64,000 bases of DNA from a virus (IMGVR_UViG_3300030107_005430:1-64000); one strand, 5' to 3'. Positions 1 to 9,434 are shown, numbered from the stretch's first letter. A program made the numbers and translations. Notes: generated by a model from the sequence alone, not told the origin.

Positions 1-731
1 CTTGCTTCCGGGTTCGCATGTGCATGTGATCCTCGATGAGAATCAAATTGTATTTTATGATTTCCTCCACCCATGTTCTGATGATGACGATTGATGAATG
101 CAGCAGCATGAGTGATGATTCTCTTTGCTTGTTTTGCTGTGTGTTTTCCGGTGCGTGCGGTTCCTTCACTGTCCACATCGAAATCAACCTTTGATATGTT
201 GCTTCCCTTGTGATGATGTGCTGTCATGTTGACATTGTTTTTGCCAATCTTGCGATCAAGTGAGTGTATCGTGTCGTTGCTATCTGAATCGGTGCTGATG
301 TTTTTGATGTTCATTTTGGTAGACAGACGATTTGCTTTGTCTACAACTGATCTTTGTTTCTTCTCTAGTATCATGTCTCCGATTGTACCATGAAACTCTC
401 CTGCATTCAACTCAATAACATACTTAGCCTTCTCTGCTGGATACGCACCTCGCGTGTCAAATGGCTGTAGTGTCTGAACGTCTACAACTCGTCCGTCTTC
501 ATTGATCCAGATGACATCCAATGGTATACGAGTGTTCTTCATCCACATACCATGTGTGTCCTCTGTTTCGAATACAAAGATCATTCCTCTGTCGTGTTCA
601 AGAGACTCACGAAACATCATTCCCCTCTGAAACGATTGTTCGTCATTCGTAGTGTATACTTTATACGACTTGTCGCCAATCGTCATGGGAATGTATTCTG
701 ATTCTGTGATGTGTCTCTTGAATGATTTCAT
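1..731 (-). CDS. Capsid-targeting-leader protein with DUF192 domain and His-rich C-terminal module (partial, runs off left edge)
   Basis: Hand translation from ATG 731 (ATGA overlap with upstream stop): MKSFKRHITE, then QRGMMFRESL..GMIFVF..GMWMKNTRIPLDVIWI..YVIELNAG (DUF192 motifs), then ILE and a His-rich region open to position 1. Confidence 0.85.
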   Translation of the reverse strand, partial: MKSFKRHITESEYIPMTIGDKSYKVYTTNDEQSFQRGMMFRESLEHDRGMIFVFETEDTHGMWMKNTRIPLDVIWINEDGRVVDVQTLQPFDTRGAYPAEKAKYVIELNAGEFHGTIGDMILEKKQRSVVDKANRLSTKMNIKNISTDSDSNDTIHSLDRKIGKNNVNMTAHHHKGSNISKVDFDVDSEGTARTGKHTAKQAKRIITHAAAFINRHHQNMGGGNHKIQFDSHRGSHAHANPEA

Positions 732-1060
732 TTTCTCTTCCTACTTGGTCCTAAAAATGGCGCAATTGCAAACACTGCAAGTGTACCCGGTGCAGGAGTA
801 ATAACTCCATCGGATATAAGATGTCCTGCTCCTGAATTAAAATTCGATATCGAATCAATCCATTCTACAACTGCGTCAAGTGCTTCCTTTCCAAAGATTG
901 CTCCAATTCCCACGGCGATTGCTGTAAGAATGAATACCTTCTTATCAAGTGCTTTAATTTTTTTGTCCTTCGACTTCTGACTCTCTTTACATTTATGTAG
1001 ATCATTTTTTAGTTGTTGTACTTCGCGTGATTGACAGTTTGAACATACGTTCTTATCCAT
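728..1060 (-). CDS. Small coiled-coil/TM protein with C-terminal PEP-CTERM-like (PAPG) sorting signal
   Basis: CxxC, coiled coil, TM (VFILTAIAVGIGAIFG), C-terminus TPAPGTLAVFAIAPFLGPSRKRK. Confidence 0.7.
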   Translation of the reverse strand: MDKNVCSNCQSREVQQLKNDLHKCKESQKSKDKKIKALDKKVFILTAIAVGIGAIFGKEALDAVVEWIDSISNFNSGAGHLISDGVITPAPGTLAVFAIAPFLGPSRKRK

Positions 1061-1087
1061 CGTGACTTTTCTCCTGTGAAATGTGGT

Positions 1088-1366
1088 TTACTTATCTCCT
1101 CGTACATCGCGTATAATTTGATCTATATTTTTGTCACGATTGTATGATTCTCTCGTCATGAATTCTGATCTTGATTTTGCGAGAGAATATACTCTATCCA
1201 TTACTTTGTCATGTTCACGTTCCATTTTTCTTATTCTTGATCTGTTACTTTCACACTCTTGTTCTAATTTTGTTACCTTATGCGAAAACTTCCACACGAA
1301 ACCTACTAATGAAAATAAGCCCGTAGTGAGAATAGTGATTGCAATATCTACCCAGTCAATTGTCAT
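1088..1366 (-). CDS. Hypothetical membrane-anchored coiled-coil protein
   Basis: N-terminal TM then coiled coil; ATGA coupling with upstream gene; SD aggag. Confidence 0.75.
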   Translation of the reverse strand: MTIDWVDIAITILTTGLFSLVGFVWKFSHKVTKLEQECESNRSRIRKMEREHDKVMDRVYSLAKSRSEFMTRESYNRDKNIDQIIRDVRGDK

Positions 1367-2178
1367 TCGTCTCCTTTGGATTCATGATGAAACATGTTCG
1401 CATGATCGTGTGGGAAATTCAATTTGGGTTGATGTATAGACTTTCCTTTTCCGTCTGTTCCTACATTCATTCTTCTTGCATTGGAATAGAGATGGTGTTC
1501 GAGTGGTTTACCTTTCTTTCCGCCATTGTAGGTGGTTCGGGATACCATGTTCTTTCCATCCATCTCATGATGTCCATGATGTGTGTTGTCTGGATTGTAT
1601 TTGTTTCCATGAAGTGCATGGGATACTTCTGCATGGTTCGCTTGATATGCATCCCATGCTACTGTCTTTCCGTTGGAATAACTGATCGTTCTTGTTGCGC
1701 CACTTGATGTATTGCCGACATGCTTTCGAAGTTGATCTGCGGAATGTATGTGTGTGACTCGAAGAGGTTCACCACCACCAAGATCTAACTTCTCTACCTT
1801 CTCTAAAATGCTTTCACTAGTTTCCTCTGGATGTGGTACATTCTGTTGCCATGCTTGATCTACTTTAGGATGTCTGCCATAACCAGCGCCACTTTTTGCA
1901 CTGATACTCATTCCTCTTTTCTTTTGACGTTGTGCATTGTTTAGACGATTCTTAATTAAATTTGCTGCCACTTTATGAATCTCTTGTCTAACTGGATGAA
2001 TATGATAATCATGATCTCGGTGATGTGCATTGGATGACACTCTTGAAGCAACATGATCACCACGAATTTCAAGGCGATCACCGCCTTTTCCGTCCGCAAA
2101 TCTTCGAACCGCTTTGAATTCTTTCTTAGAGAGTTTATCTTCATTCTCTTCTCTACAAAAGATTATAAATGATTTCAT
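1363..2178 (-). CDS. His-rich putative internal head protein
   Basis: Starts MKSFIIFCREE; internal SESILE linker; downstream of late promoter 2201-2208. Confidence 0.7.
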   Translation of the reverse strand: MKSFIIFCREENEDKLSKKEFKAVRRFADGKGGDRLEIRGDHVASRVSSNAHHRDHDYHIHPVRQEIHKVAANLIKNRLNNAQRQKKRGMSISAKSGAGYGRHPKVDQAWQQNVPHPEETSESILEKVEKLDLGGGEPLRVTHIHSADQLRKHVGNTSSGATRTISYSNGKTVAWDAYQANHAEVSHALHGNKYNPDNTHHGHHEMDGKNMVSRTTYNGGKKGKPLEHHLYSNARRMNVGTDGKGKSIHQPKLNFPHDHANMFHHESKGDE

Positions 2179-2200
2179 TTGCACACTCCTACAGTTATAT

Positions 2201-2212
2201 TATTTATAAATA
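2201..2212. promoter_or_regulatory. Palindromic bidirectional T4-type late promoter TATTTATAAATA
   Basis: TATAAATA on both strands between divergent genes. Confidence 0.75.
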
Positions 2213-2217
2213 TTTTC

Positions 2218-3132
2218 ATGAGAACATTCAAACAATACATCTCAGAAGTAATCGCCAGAAGAGGTTCGGATTACATTGTAATGAACAAAAATCGTTCAAA
2301 GGTTCTTGGTGTTCATAACAGCAAAGACAAAGCACAACGACAACTTGCAGCAATCGAGATCAGTAAACAGGAGTCCGTGTCTGAAGTGTATAAAGATTCA
2401 GGACTTGGTAAGTGGTTCGGTGCTGGTGGTAAGGGTGGAGTAGGTAAAGGTGGATGGGATCGCTACAACACAAAAGGTGAACGCATTGGAAAATGTGGTG
2501 AGGGTAAACCCGGCGAAGGTAAACCAAAGTGCCTGTCCGCAACCAAGGCAAGAAAACTCAAATCTCAAGGTGGTAAGAAAGCGATTGCAAATGCAGTCAA
2601 AAGAAAGAAAGCACAGGATCCGCAGACAGATCGTCCCGGAACCGGAAACAAACCAATCAACGTATCAAACAGGATAGAAGAAGTTATGAAATCATTTAGA
2701 AATCACTTGAACGAAAAGAACGTACCAACTGATCCCGGTAAATGGGCAGCATCAAAAGCAGCAGCAAAGGCAAAGTTTGATGTATACCCATCCGCATATG
2801 CGAACGCATGGGCATCTAAGAACTACAAATCAAAAGGTGGTGGTTGGAGAAAGACAGACGAATCTGTAGATGAAGATTGGCAGAAAGCAAATCGTCAAGA
2901 CAAGACAGACGGTATGAGTCAGAAAGCAGTGAATGCATATCGTCGTGAGAATCCGGGATCAAAACTCAAAACAGCAGTCACCGAGAAAAATCCAAAGGGT
3001 AAGAGAGCAGGCAGAAGAAAGGCTTTTTGCAGCAGAATGAAAGGTATGAAGTCTAAACTCACAAGTGCAGAGACTTCAAGAGATCCAGATTCACGAATCA
3101 ATAAGGCACTTCGCCGTTGGAACTGCAACTAG
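2218..3132 (+). CDS. Modular basic polyprotein (leader plus about 4 modules; DUF5872- and DUF6321-like from recall)
   Basis: MRTFKQYISE..QESVSE..IEE/MKSFRNHLNE..DESVDE separate modules, incl. AKAKFDVYPSAYAN..GGGW and RRKAFCSRMKGMK..DPDSRINKALRRWNC. Confidence 0.75.
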   Translation: MRTFKQYISEVIARRGSDYIVMNKNRSKVLGVHNSKDKAQRQLAAIEISKQESVSEVYKDSGLGKWFGAGGKGGVGKGGWDRYNTKGERIGKCGEGKPGEGKPKCLSATKARKLKSQGGKKAIANAVKRKKAQDPQTDRPGTGNKPINVSNRIEEVMKSFRNHLNEKNVPTDPGKWAASKAAAKAKFDVYPSAYANAWASKNYKSKGGGWRKTDESVDEDWQKANRQDKTDGMSQKAVNAYRRENPGSKLKTAVTEKNPKGKRAGRRKAFCSRMKGMKSKLTSAETSRDPDSRINKALRRWNCN

Positions 3133-3146
3133 GGAGAACAGAATAT

Positions 3147-3677
3147 ATGCAAAGAAATGTCCTCTTGTTAAACTCAAGTGAGGAAATTCTCAAAGTAATT
3201 TCTTGGAAGAAAGCAATCAAATTAATACAAACAGGCAAAGCAAAAAAGCCTTACAACTATAGTAAATCATATTCGATTAGGACGATTCGCGGAGAGTACA
3301 AACTCCCTGCTGCAATCGTCCTTGTTCGTTATGTGTATGTACCACATCTAGAAGACTCATCAACACCCACTCGAAACAATATATTCAAACGAGACAATTG
3401 GACATGTCAGTATTGTGGTGTAAAATCAAAGAACCCCAAGAAACTGACGGTAGATCATGTTTATCCTCGATGCAAAGGTGGAGGAACACAATGGACGAAT
3501 CTTGTCACTGCATGTCCCAAATGCAACTCCAAGAAATCAAACAAGACACTCAAGGAGTGGGGAGTTAAACTAAAGAACAAACCACAACGACCATCTTTCT
3601 ATAAACTACAGGTTGTAGGAATAGACGAGACAGGACAGGAATTATGGAAGCGTTGGATTGACATAAATAGTTTATGA
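3147..3677 (+). CDS. HNH endonuclease (McrA-like)
   Basis: VLLLNSS, RNNIFKRDNWTCQYCG, LTVDHVYPRCKGG, NLVTACPKCNSKK. Confidence 0.9.
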   Translation: MQRNVLLLNSSEEILKVISWKKAIKLIQTGKAKKPYNYSKSYSIRTIRGEYKLPAAIVLVRYVYVPHLEDSSTPTRNNIFKRDNWTCQYCGVKSKNPKKLTVDHVYPRCKGGGTQWTNLVTACPKCNSKKSNKTLKEWGVKLKNKPQRPSFYKLQVVGIDETGQELWKRWIDINSL

Positions 3678-3686
3678 TGGTACAAT
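3658..3686 (+). promoter_or_regulatory. sigma70-type promoter TTGACA-N17-TACAAT, with an embedded CATAAATA late-like box
   Basis: Direct match upstream of the FmdB-like gene with SD aggagg. Confidence 0.6.
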
Positions 3687-3704
3687 ACACAGGAGGAATA
3701 ACCT

Positions 3705-4001
3705 ATGCCAAGTTATGATTACAAATGCGATAAGTGTGAACATGCATTCGAAGCATTTCTATCCTATGACAACAGAGAGAAACCGTGCAACGAACCATGT
3801 CCCGAATGTGGTGAGAAGAATGTTCAGAAAGTGATTGGTGGGTTTCCGGGACTCGGTTGTGATTCCAATGTAACACCAGATAAGAAGACTGGCGGGCAGT
3901 GGAGTCAGATGATGAATAGAGTTAAAGAATACCTACCGGAAAGAAATAAAAAGGTATTGGATCGAGCAACAAATGCATCAGGTAGACGCTGGTATGGTTA
4001 A
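3705..4001 (+). CDS. FmdB-family zinc-ribbon protein
   Basis: MPSYDYKCDKCEHAFE..PCPECG. Confidence 0.85.
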   Translation: MPSYDYKCDKCEHAFEAFLSYDNREKPCNEPCPECGEKNVQKVIGGFPGLGCDSNVTPDKKTGGQWSQMMNRVKEYLPERNKKVLDRATNASGRRWYG

Positions 4002-4492
4002 TCTACATGATACCCCTTGACACCAGTGTTCTCTGCATCATGTTCTTTATATTCTGGGTATGATCTTTGGAGTTGGTTTCTTGTTTTCTTCACAAGTCGA
4101 TTTATAACTCTTGCTTGATGAGTCGTGGATGTCTTTCCTGACTTATCCGGTACAGAGTTATTGATTGTATATTTCTTTGCTTTATGATCTACTCGTCCCT
4201 GAACATAATGTTCAGAATCACCTGCTTGATCCACTGCTTTATTTGGTTTCTTTCTTGGATGCTTCGATACCCACGAATCATGGTTTGCTGAATCTGGATG
4301 ATACACATAACCAGTTTTTCTTTCGTGTGCATCTCTCTGTTTTCTATAAAGATCTAGATGGTTTACTTTACCCCATCCAGAAACAGCACCATTATGATAA
4401 AGATCAACATGCTTCATATCTCTATGAAGAGTGTGATGACCAACATCATAAACACTACTGGCTTCTGATAGAAATTGCAGAAATGATTTCAA
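3998..4492 (-). CDS. His-rich putative internal head protein
   Basis: TTG start with SD aggaggt; MKSFLQFLSE leader. Confidence 0.75.
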   Translation of the reverse strand: MKSFLQFLSEASSVYDVGHHTLHRDMKHVDLYHNGAVSGWGKVNHLDLYRKQRDAHERKTGYVYHPDSANHDSWVSKHPRKKPNKAVDQAGDSEHYVQGRVDHKAKKYTINNSVPDKSGKTSTTHQARVINRLVKKTRNQLQRSYPEYKEHDAENTGVKGYHVD

Positions 4493-4602
4493 GAGTGATA
4501 CCTCCTACCCACCCGTATAACTTATATATTATTCCCTGACAGGCATCAGTATATGTATTAGTTTATTAAATTATACATATATTATCTTCAAGGAGAATAA
4601 AA

Positions 4603-5646
4603 ATGAGCAATTCTTTTTCTGACGCTGTAAATAACATTCTTTCAGAGAACAAAAGCATTAATATTAATCAAAGTGGTAAAACCTTAGTGGAAAAGGTGAA
4701 TGATATCCAGATTGATCGTGATGGGCAGGACAAGTTTCATAGAGAAAAGAAACTTCTTGGTCCGGGTAGATTTAAGAAGTGGTTCAAGAGAAGAACACTC
4801 AAGAAATCAGACATGACTGATCAAGAACAGGAACAGCATCATCAGGATAACAGAAAATTAACAGCATCTGGTGTGAAAGAAGATGTTACACCCGGATCTG
4901 TCGAAATGGTATATCGTGATCATAAAGTGATAGATACCGGAAAAGAAGACAGGTATGGATTTCAGATGTATGATGTACACCACGGTGGTAAAAAAACTCA
5001 TAGCAATGTCAGGCTGCGTACAGCCAAAGACGTACTAGACACTGCTCGTAAGAAGACTATTGAGAAAGCAAACAAGAAACTAGTCTCAAAAGGTTCAGAT
5101 GACAATACAGTAAAATTAAGAAACTTGGCTAGTGGTTCTCCATCGGTTCCTAAAGAATCCGTTGAAGTCGATGAGAATACAGGTCCAACTCGCACTGCTG
5201 TTAACCAAGAATTTAAAAGAGTTCATGGTAAACAAATGGATACGGGTGCAGCAACTCGACATGTTGAAAAGAAATTCAATATCAATAATGTGAAAGTACA
5301 AAAAGATAATGATGGAAACAGGCATGTAATTTCTTTTGAAGAAACGGATGCCACATCCGCAGCAGATGATTTCTTGAACGAACTTTCTCAAGAGTTTGGT
5401 GCAGAGAACATAACACTCGATACAATCATGGAGAATATTGGGGAACTCGAAACCCTATTAACTTCACTAAAAGAGTATTTTGGTATTGACGAAAGTGCAG
5501 AAGGTGATACAATATTGACTGCACATGACATGGCTTCGACAAACAATCCACACGAACATCAAGCGATGGCAGTTCAGAAAATCAAAGATCTTATAAATAA
5601 AGAAAGAAACGAAGAGACTACAAAGGAGTCCAACAATGGAAACTAA
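4603..5646 (+). CDS. Modular hypothetical (putative internal head polyprotein)
   Basis: NILSE, LVE, VKE, KESVEVDE, FEE linkers; TATACATA upstream; SD aaggag. Confidence 0.7.
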   Translation: MSNSFSDAVNNILSENKSININQSGKTLVEKVNDIQIDRDGQDKFHREKKLLGPGRFKKWFKRRTLKKSDMTDQEQEQHHQDNRKLTASGVKEDVTPGSVEMVYRDHKVIDTGKEDRYGFQMYDVHHGGKKTHSNVRLRTAKDVLDTARKKTIEKANKKLVSKGSDDNTVKLRNLASGSPSVPKESVEVDENTGPTRTAVNQEFKRVHGKQMDTGAATRHVEKKFNINNVKVQKDNDGNRHVISFEETDATSAADDFLNELSQEFGAENITLDTIMENIGELETLLTSLKEYFGIDESAEGDTILTAHDMASTNNPHEHQAMAVQKIKDLINKERNEETTKESNNGN

Positions 5647-6016
5647 TTCGTTCAACAATTTACTAGAGTCGATCAACTCTGTTGTTGGTCCCAAATCAGA
5701 AACCGAAGTCGATGAAAACATGTCGCTCGCACCCAAGGGTAAGGGCAGGAAGGCTGCACAGGCCATGTATGGTGATAAGACTGAAGAGACTGAAGATATG
5801 ACTGAAACCTACGAAGCAATCGTAGAAGCATTCTTCACTGAACTCGCTGAAAATGGTCAGTTAACCGAAGATACCTCCGACGATGAAATCATGGATATCG
5901 TTGTCGAGATGAATCTCCTTGCACACGCACTTAATGAAGTGTTTGAGTCCCATGACATCTCAGAAGAACTCAAGAGCAAGAAGTACAGTAAGCCACGCGG
6001 AGATGCTTCATATTGA
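5636..6016 (+). CDS. Acidic hypothetical protein
   Basis: SD aaggag; NNLLES, SETEVDE; followed by terminator. Confidence 0.7.
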   Translation: METNSFNNLLESINSVVGPKSETEVDENMSLAPKGKGRKAAQAMYGDKTEETEDMTETYEAIVEAFFTELAENGQLTEDTSDDEIMDIVVEMNLLAHALNEVFESHDISEELKSKKYSKPRGDASY

Positions 6017-6040
6017 ACAACCACGCTCACTGTAAACAAG

Positions 6041-6070
6041 AAAAGCCCTCCATATGGAGGGCTTTTTCTT
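6041..6070. terminator. Bidirectional intrinsic terminator
   Basis: AAAAGCCCTCCA-TA-TGGAGGGCTTTT between convergent genes. Confidence 0.85.
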
Positions 6071-6092
6071 TGGGAAGGGTGTAACAAATATT

Positions 6093-6422
6093 TTAATTTA
6101 ATATTTTAACATGACAATTTGTAATTCCGCCGACGTTTCCTATACTAATTGGAAGGAACAAAGTATCACCTTGTGCTATAGCAACTTCAGCAGTAGTTCC
6201 CGCTACACCATCAATATTTGCTGCATTATTTCCCTTTACTCCAATGTCTCTTCCGTCTACTGCGCCCGTCTCACCGTTTTCATCAAAGAAACCAATTACA
6301 GCACCTCCAGTTGTACCATTAATATTATTTGGAGATCCAAAAATAACGACACCTTTGTTTCTCTCAACAGGATCAGTGTATGCATTAACTTTTTTTACAT
6401 ACCTATATTGGGGATATGCCAT
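6093..6422 (-). CDS. Hypothetical protein
   Basis: SD aaggag; TATACATA box upstream; ends at terminator. Confidence 0.7.
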   Translation of the reverse strand: MAYPQYRYVKKVNAYTDPVERNKGVVIFGSPNNINGTTGGAVIGFFDENGETGAVDGRDIGVKGNNAANIDGVAGTTAEVAIAQGDTLFLPISIGNVGGITNCHVKILN

Positions 6423-6448
6423 GTAAATTCTCCTTCTGAATCTGCATA

Positions 6449-6460
6449 TATGTATAAATA
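6449..6460. promoter_or_regulatory. Overlapping divergent late promoters (TATAAATA on +, TATACATA on -)
   Basis: TATGTATAAATA between divergent genes. Confidence 0.6.
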
Positions 6461-6481
6461 TCTATAAGACGGGGTATACAG

Positions 6482-7387
6482 ATGGCAAGACTAAGAGCAT
6501 ATAGAAGAAGTGGAACCACAACTTTATTTAAATTCAAGTCTCCTTGGGCCCAGAGAGACTTTATTGGTATACTACAAAAAGCAAACATAACTCCAGACAG
6601 TGTTACAAGAAGAGAAGTTCAAGTGACATTCTTCCCGACAGAGAGACAGCACTATTCGAAACTGAATATTTTTACTACATTTCGTTCAGAAAATGATGCA
6701 GTAAGATTAATTGTTGAGTATATTGAAAAGAAAAATGATGAAATTAATAATAAAAAAGATAGGAGACAAGAAAAAGTTAAGAAGCATGAGAAGGAACTTG
6801 AAGAAGAAAGAAAAAAGATTGAAGAAGAAAACAAAAGGGCAGCAAAAGAACCGTGGACGAAAGAACAAATGGAATTGATTCCCGGCACCAGACCAAAAGG
6901 TAGAGATATAAGCAACAAACCCAGAAATATAGATAATAGTCCAAGATTTCTGTTGGATGAATTTCCAAGAACAACTACACCTCCCGGTGAATTGACTGAT
7001 GCGTGGAATTTAGTAGACGATCCCCAACTACCACATTTCAGAACATCTCCTTCTACATCTAATGTCAGCATGGAAGTTGAAATTATATCTGAAAATGTTC
7101 AAGAAGAAGAGAGAGTGATATCAAAACTTGAAAGTGTAGGAATACCTTTCAGAAAAAAAGGAATATCAGTCATTGCGAGCATCATTGATATACGATCACA
7201 GGGAATATTCACACCACAAGACGCTGAAGAACGTATTCAAAAAATAATAGAGGAAGAGAAACAAGAAGGACAGGTGCCAAGAACCATCGCAGAGTTAAGA
7301 GATGCAGAAAGAAAGATGGGTAAGATTGGCGAATTTAAGCAAACTACTAAATATGGTGACATAGAACCAACTTCCCCAGAAGAATAA
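6482..7387 (+). CDS. Hypothetical protein
   Basis: 301-aa ORF after late promoter; central coiled coil. Confidence 0.7.
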   Translation: MARLRAYRRSGTTTLFKFKSPWAQRDFIGILQKANITPDSVTRREVQVTFFPTERQHYSKLNIFTTFRSENDAVRLIVEYIEKKNDEINNKKDRRQEKVKKHEKELEEERKKIEEENKRAAKEPWTKEQMELIPGTRPKGRDISNKPRNIDNSPRFLLDEFPRTTTPPGELTDAWNLVDDPQLPHFRTSPSTSNVSMEVEIISENVQEEERVISKLESVGIPFRKKGISVIASIIDIRSQGIFTPQDAEERIQKIIEEEKQEGQVPRTIAELRDAERKMGKIGEFKQTTKYGDIEPTSPEE

Positions 7388-7398
7388 GGGAGAAATAA

Positions 7399-7956
7399 AT
7401 GCCAGACAACGACAACAATTATGTACCACTCGAAGATTACTTTAATAGTGACATCGACTTCGGATTCACCGCTGTGGATGCACAGGACGTAGAAGGTGAT
7501 GACGTACCACCACCCCCGAGTACACAAGAAGTAGTTTCAGAAGTATCTTCTGGAATTCTTTCGACTCTAGATGATTCTCTTGAGAACATACAGAGCAAAC
7601 TAAACGCATTACTTCTAAGAAACGACGAAGACGAACCCGGAATCGACAACAGCATTGATTTCTCTCGAATTGAAAGTAAACTGGATCAAATACTTGCAAT
7701 GGAGAATCAAGAACTTCTCACAGCAGTAAATGAACAAGGCGATAACATTCGTGCTGTCATTGATGAAGTAGAGGAACGAAAGAAACAACTCAATGAGCAG
7801 TATATTGTTCGAATGAGAGAAGTAGAAAAACTTATACTTCCTCTTTTATATCACCTCAAAAAGAATCCAGACAAAGAGTATATTTACTGGCCTGATCGAA
7901 CAGAAAAAATAGACGCCCAGATCTCCAAGATTCTACACCTGACAAGAGGACAATGA
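7399..7956 (+). CDS. Conserved T4-like phage hypothetical protein
   Basis: DFGF N-terminus and KLILPLL..LKKNPDKEYIYWPDR C-terminus, recalled from aquatic T4-like phages. Confidence 0.75.
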   Translation: MPDNDNNYVPLEDYFNSDIDFGFTAVDAQDVEGDDVPPPPSTQEVVSEVSSGILSTLDDSLENIQSKLNALLLRNDEDEPGIDNSIDFSRIESKLDQILAMENQELLTAVNEQGDNIRAVIDEVEERKKQLNEQYIVRMREVEKLILPLLYHLKKNPDKEYIYWPDRTEKIDAQISKILHLTRGQ

Positions 7957-8381
7957 TGAGATCATTCGTAAACTTTCTTCGAGAAAACGTATACTTTGGT
8001 TCCTCTGATGTTCAGGGAACTGGCGCTTTCTCGTCGAGAGATATTCCAAAGGGAAATCAGATCGGATTGTTTCTTCGTAAAGTAGAGGACAATCCACATA
8101 GAACATTTGTTCGTAGTGATCTGTGTAGATTAATGAATCACTCCTCCTCCCCGAATGCAGATTTAGTCATGAAAGGTGATGATGCATACGTTGTATCAAA
8201 CAAACCTATAAAAAAGGATGAAGAGATATTTGTAAACTATAATGATATCATGGACAAAGTACAAGCAGATGAGATTAAGAAAAATGAATTTGTACGATTG
8301 TATCCAGATTTGGAGAGAGAACGTCTTGAAGATGATAATGAAGACTTCTATGATGATCTAAAAAGTATGAGGCATAAATAG
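7953..8381 (+). CDS. SET-domain protein (putative lysine methyltransferase) with capsid-targeting leader
   Basis: MRSFVNFLRE; S-x-V-Q-G-x-G-A-F..IPKG; RLMNHSSSPNA; IKKDEEIFVNY. Confidence 0.85.
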   Translation: MMRSFVNFLRENVYFGSSDVQGTGAFSSRDIPKGNQIGLFLRKVEDNPHRTFVRSDLCRLMNHSSSPNADLVMKGDDAYVVSNKPIKKDEEIFVNYNDIMDKVQADEIKKNEFVRLYPDLERERLEDDNEDFYDDLKSMRHK

Positions 8382-8384
8382 AGT

Positions 8385-9434
8385 ATGCGTATAGAAAAAT
8401 TTATATCATTAATAGAAGAAAACAACTCTCCTGAAATTAAGGAGAGTGCTGTTGTTCCAGAAAATATTCATGAAATTAAGGCTCTTGCGAAACTTGGTGC
8501 AAAGGTTATTGGTGGAGGTATTGGACGACTTGCTAGTTCTAGAACGGGACAAAAGGCAGCGGGATTTGCTGCAAAAGAAAAACCAATAAGAGGCCTCGCA
8601 GCAGGTATTTCCAAGGGCGTATCCAAGTTTGCAGGAAGTGGTATAGGAAAAGGTGCGATGAGTGCGGCAGGTATTGAACCGCAGGGTGGATTTTTCAAAA
8701 CGCTTGGAGCAGAAATCAAAGGCAAATATGGTGCGGGTGGTAAATCTCTTCAAACAGCAGTTAAGGGAAGATATGCAGGCGCGGGAAGCCCTGAGGCTGA
8801 GGCACGCGACAAAGCAATGCGGGATGCGGGCGAGGCGTCCGGTAAAAAAGCAAGGGAAAAAATTGGACAATTTAAACAAGCAGTTGGATCCCAAGTGGAT
8901 GTAACTAAACAGAATCTAGAAAAGAGAAGAGAAGAAAAAGCCACCGCAAAGGCTGAAAGAAAAGCAGCAAAGTTTGCAAGATCTCCCGAAGGTCAAAGAC
9001 AGGCTCGAAGTGCAGAAATAAAGGCTAGAGTGCTTGCTAATATTGAGAAGTCAAGAGAGGCAAGACAGTCGAAAGGTATGAGACAAGATCAGGCTGATAT
9101 CTCCACTGCAAAGGACACAGTAAACCAACGGTTAACTCCCGGTGGAGTAAGAACAATAAGGAATATAGCAAACTTCCGAGCGAAGCGAGGTGAGTTAGCA
9201 TACAGAAAACTCCGTCAGGATAACCCGGAAGTTGATAAAATCATTAGAACGTATAGTTCGGAAATCAGTAAAGAAGCAGGAAGAGCAGGAAGAGAACAAA
9301 GAGCAGGCGATGCTGCGGTTGATCGGGCAATAGCACAAGATCGAGTTAGGAAACGAGGCACAGATATCGGTAACACCGGAAGAGATGTTAGTAACAAGGG
9401 TAGATATGTCGGAAACCAACCACGCCAAACTTAA
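8385..9434 (+). CDS. Basic Gly/Ala/Arg-rich hypothetical (putative internal head protein)
   Basis: CATAAATA 4 nt before ATG; LIEE, IKE, IHE then a highly basic body. Confidence 0.7.
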   Translation: MRIEKFISLIEENNSPEIKESAVVPENIHEIKALAKLGAKVIGGGIGRLASSRTGQKAAGFAAKEKPIRGLAAGISKGVSKFAGSGIGKGAMSAAGIEPQGGFFKTLGAEIKGKYGAGGKSLQTAVKGRYAGAGSPEAEARDKAMRDAGEASGKKAREKIGQFKQAVGSQVDVTKQNLEKRREEKATAKAERKAAKFARSPEGQRQARSAEIKARVLANIEKSREARQSKGMRQDQADISTAKDTVNQRLTPGGVRTIRNIANFRAKRGELAYRKLRQDNPEVDKIIRTYSSEISKEAGRAGREQRAGDAAVDRAIAQDRVRKRGTDIGNTGRDVSNKGRYVGNQPRQT

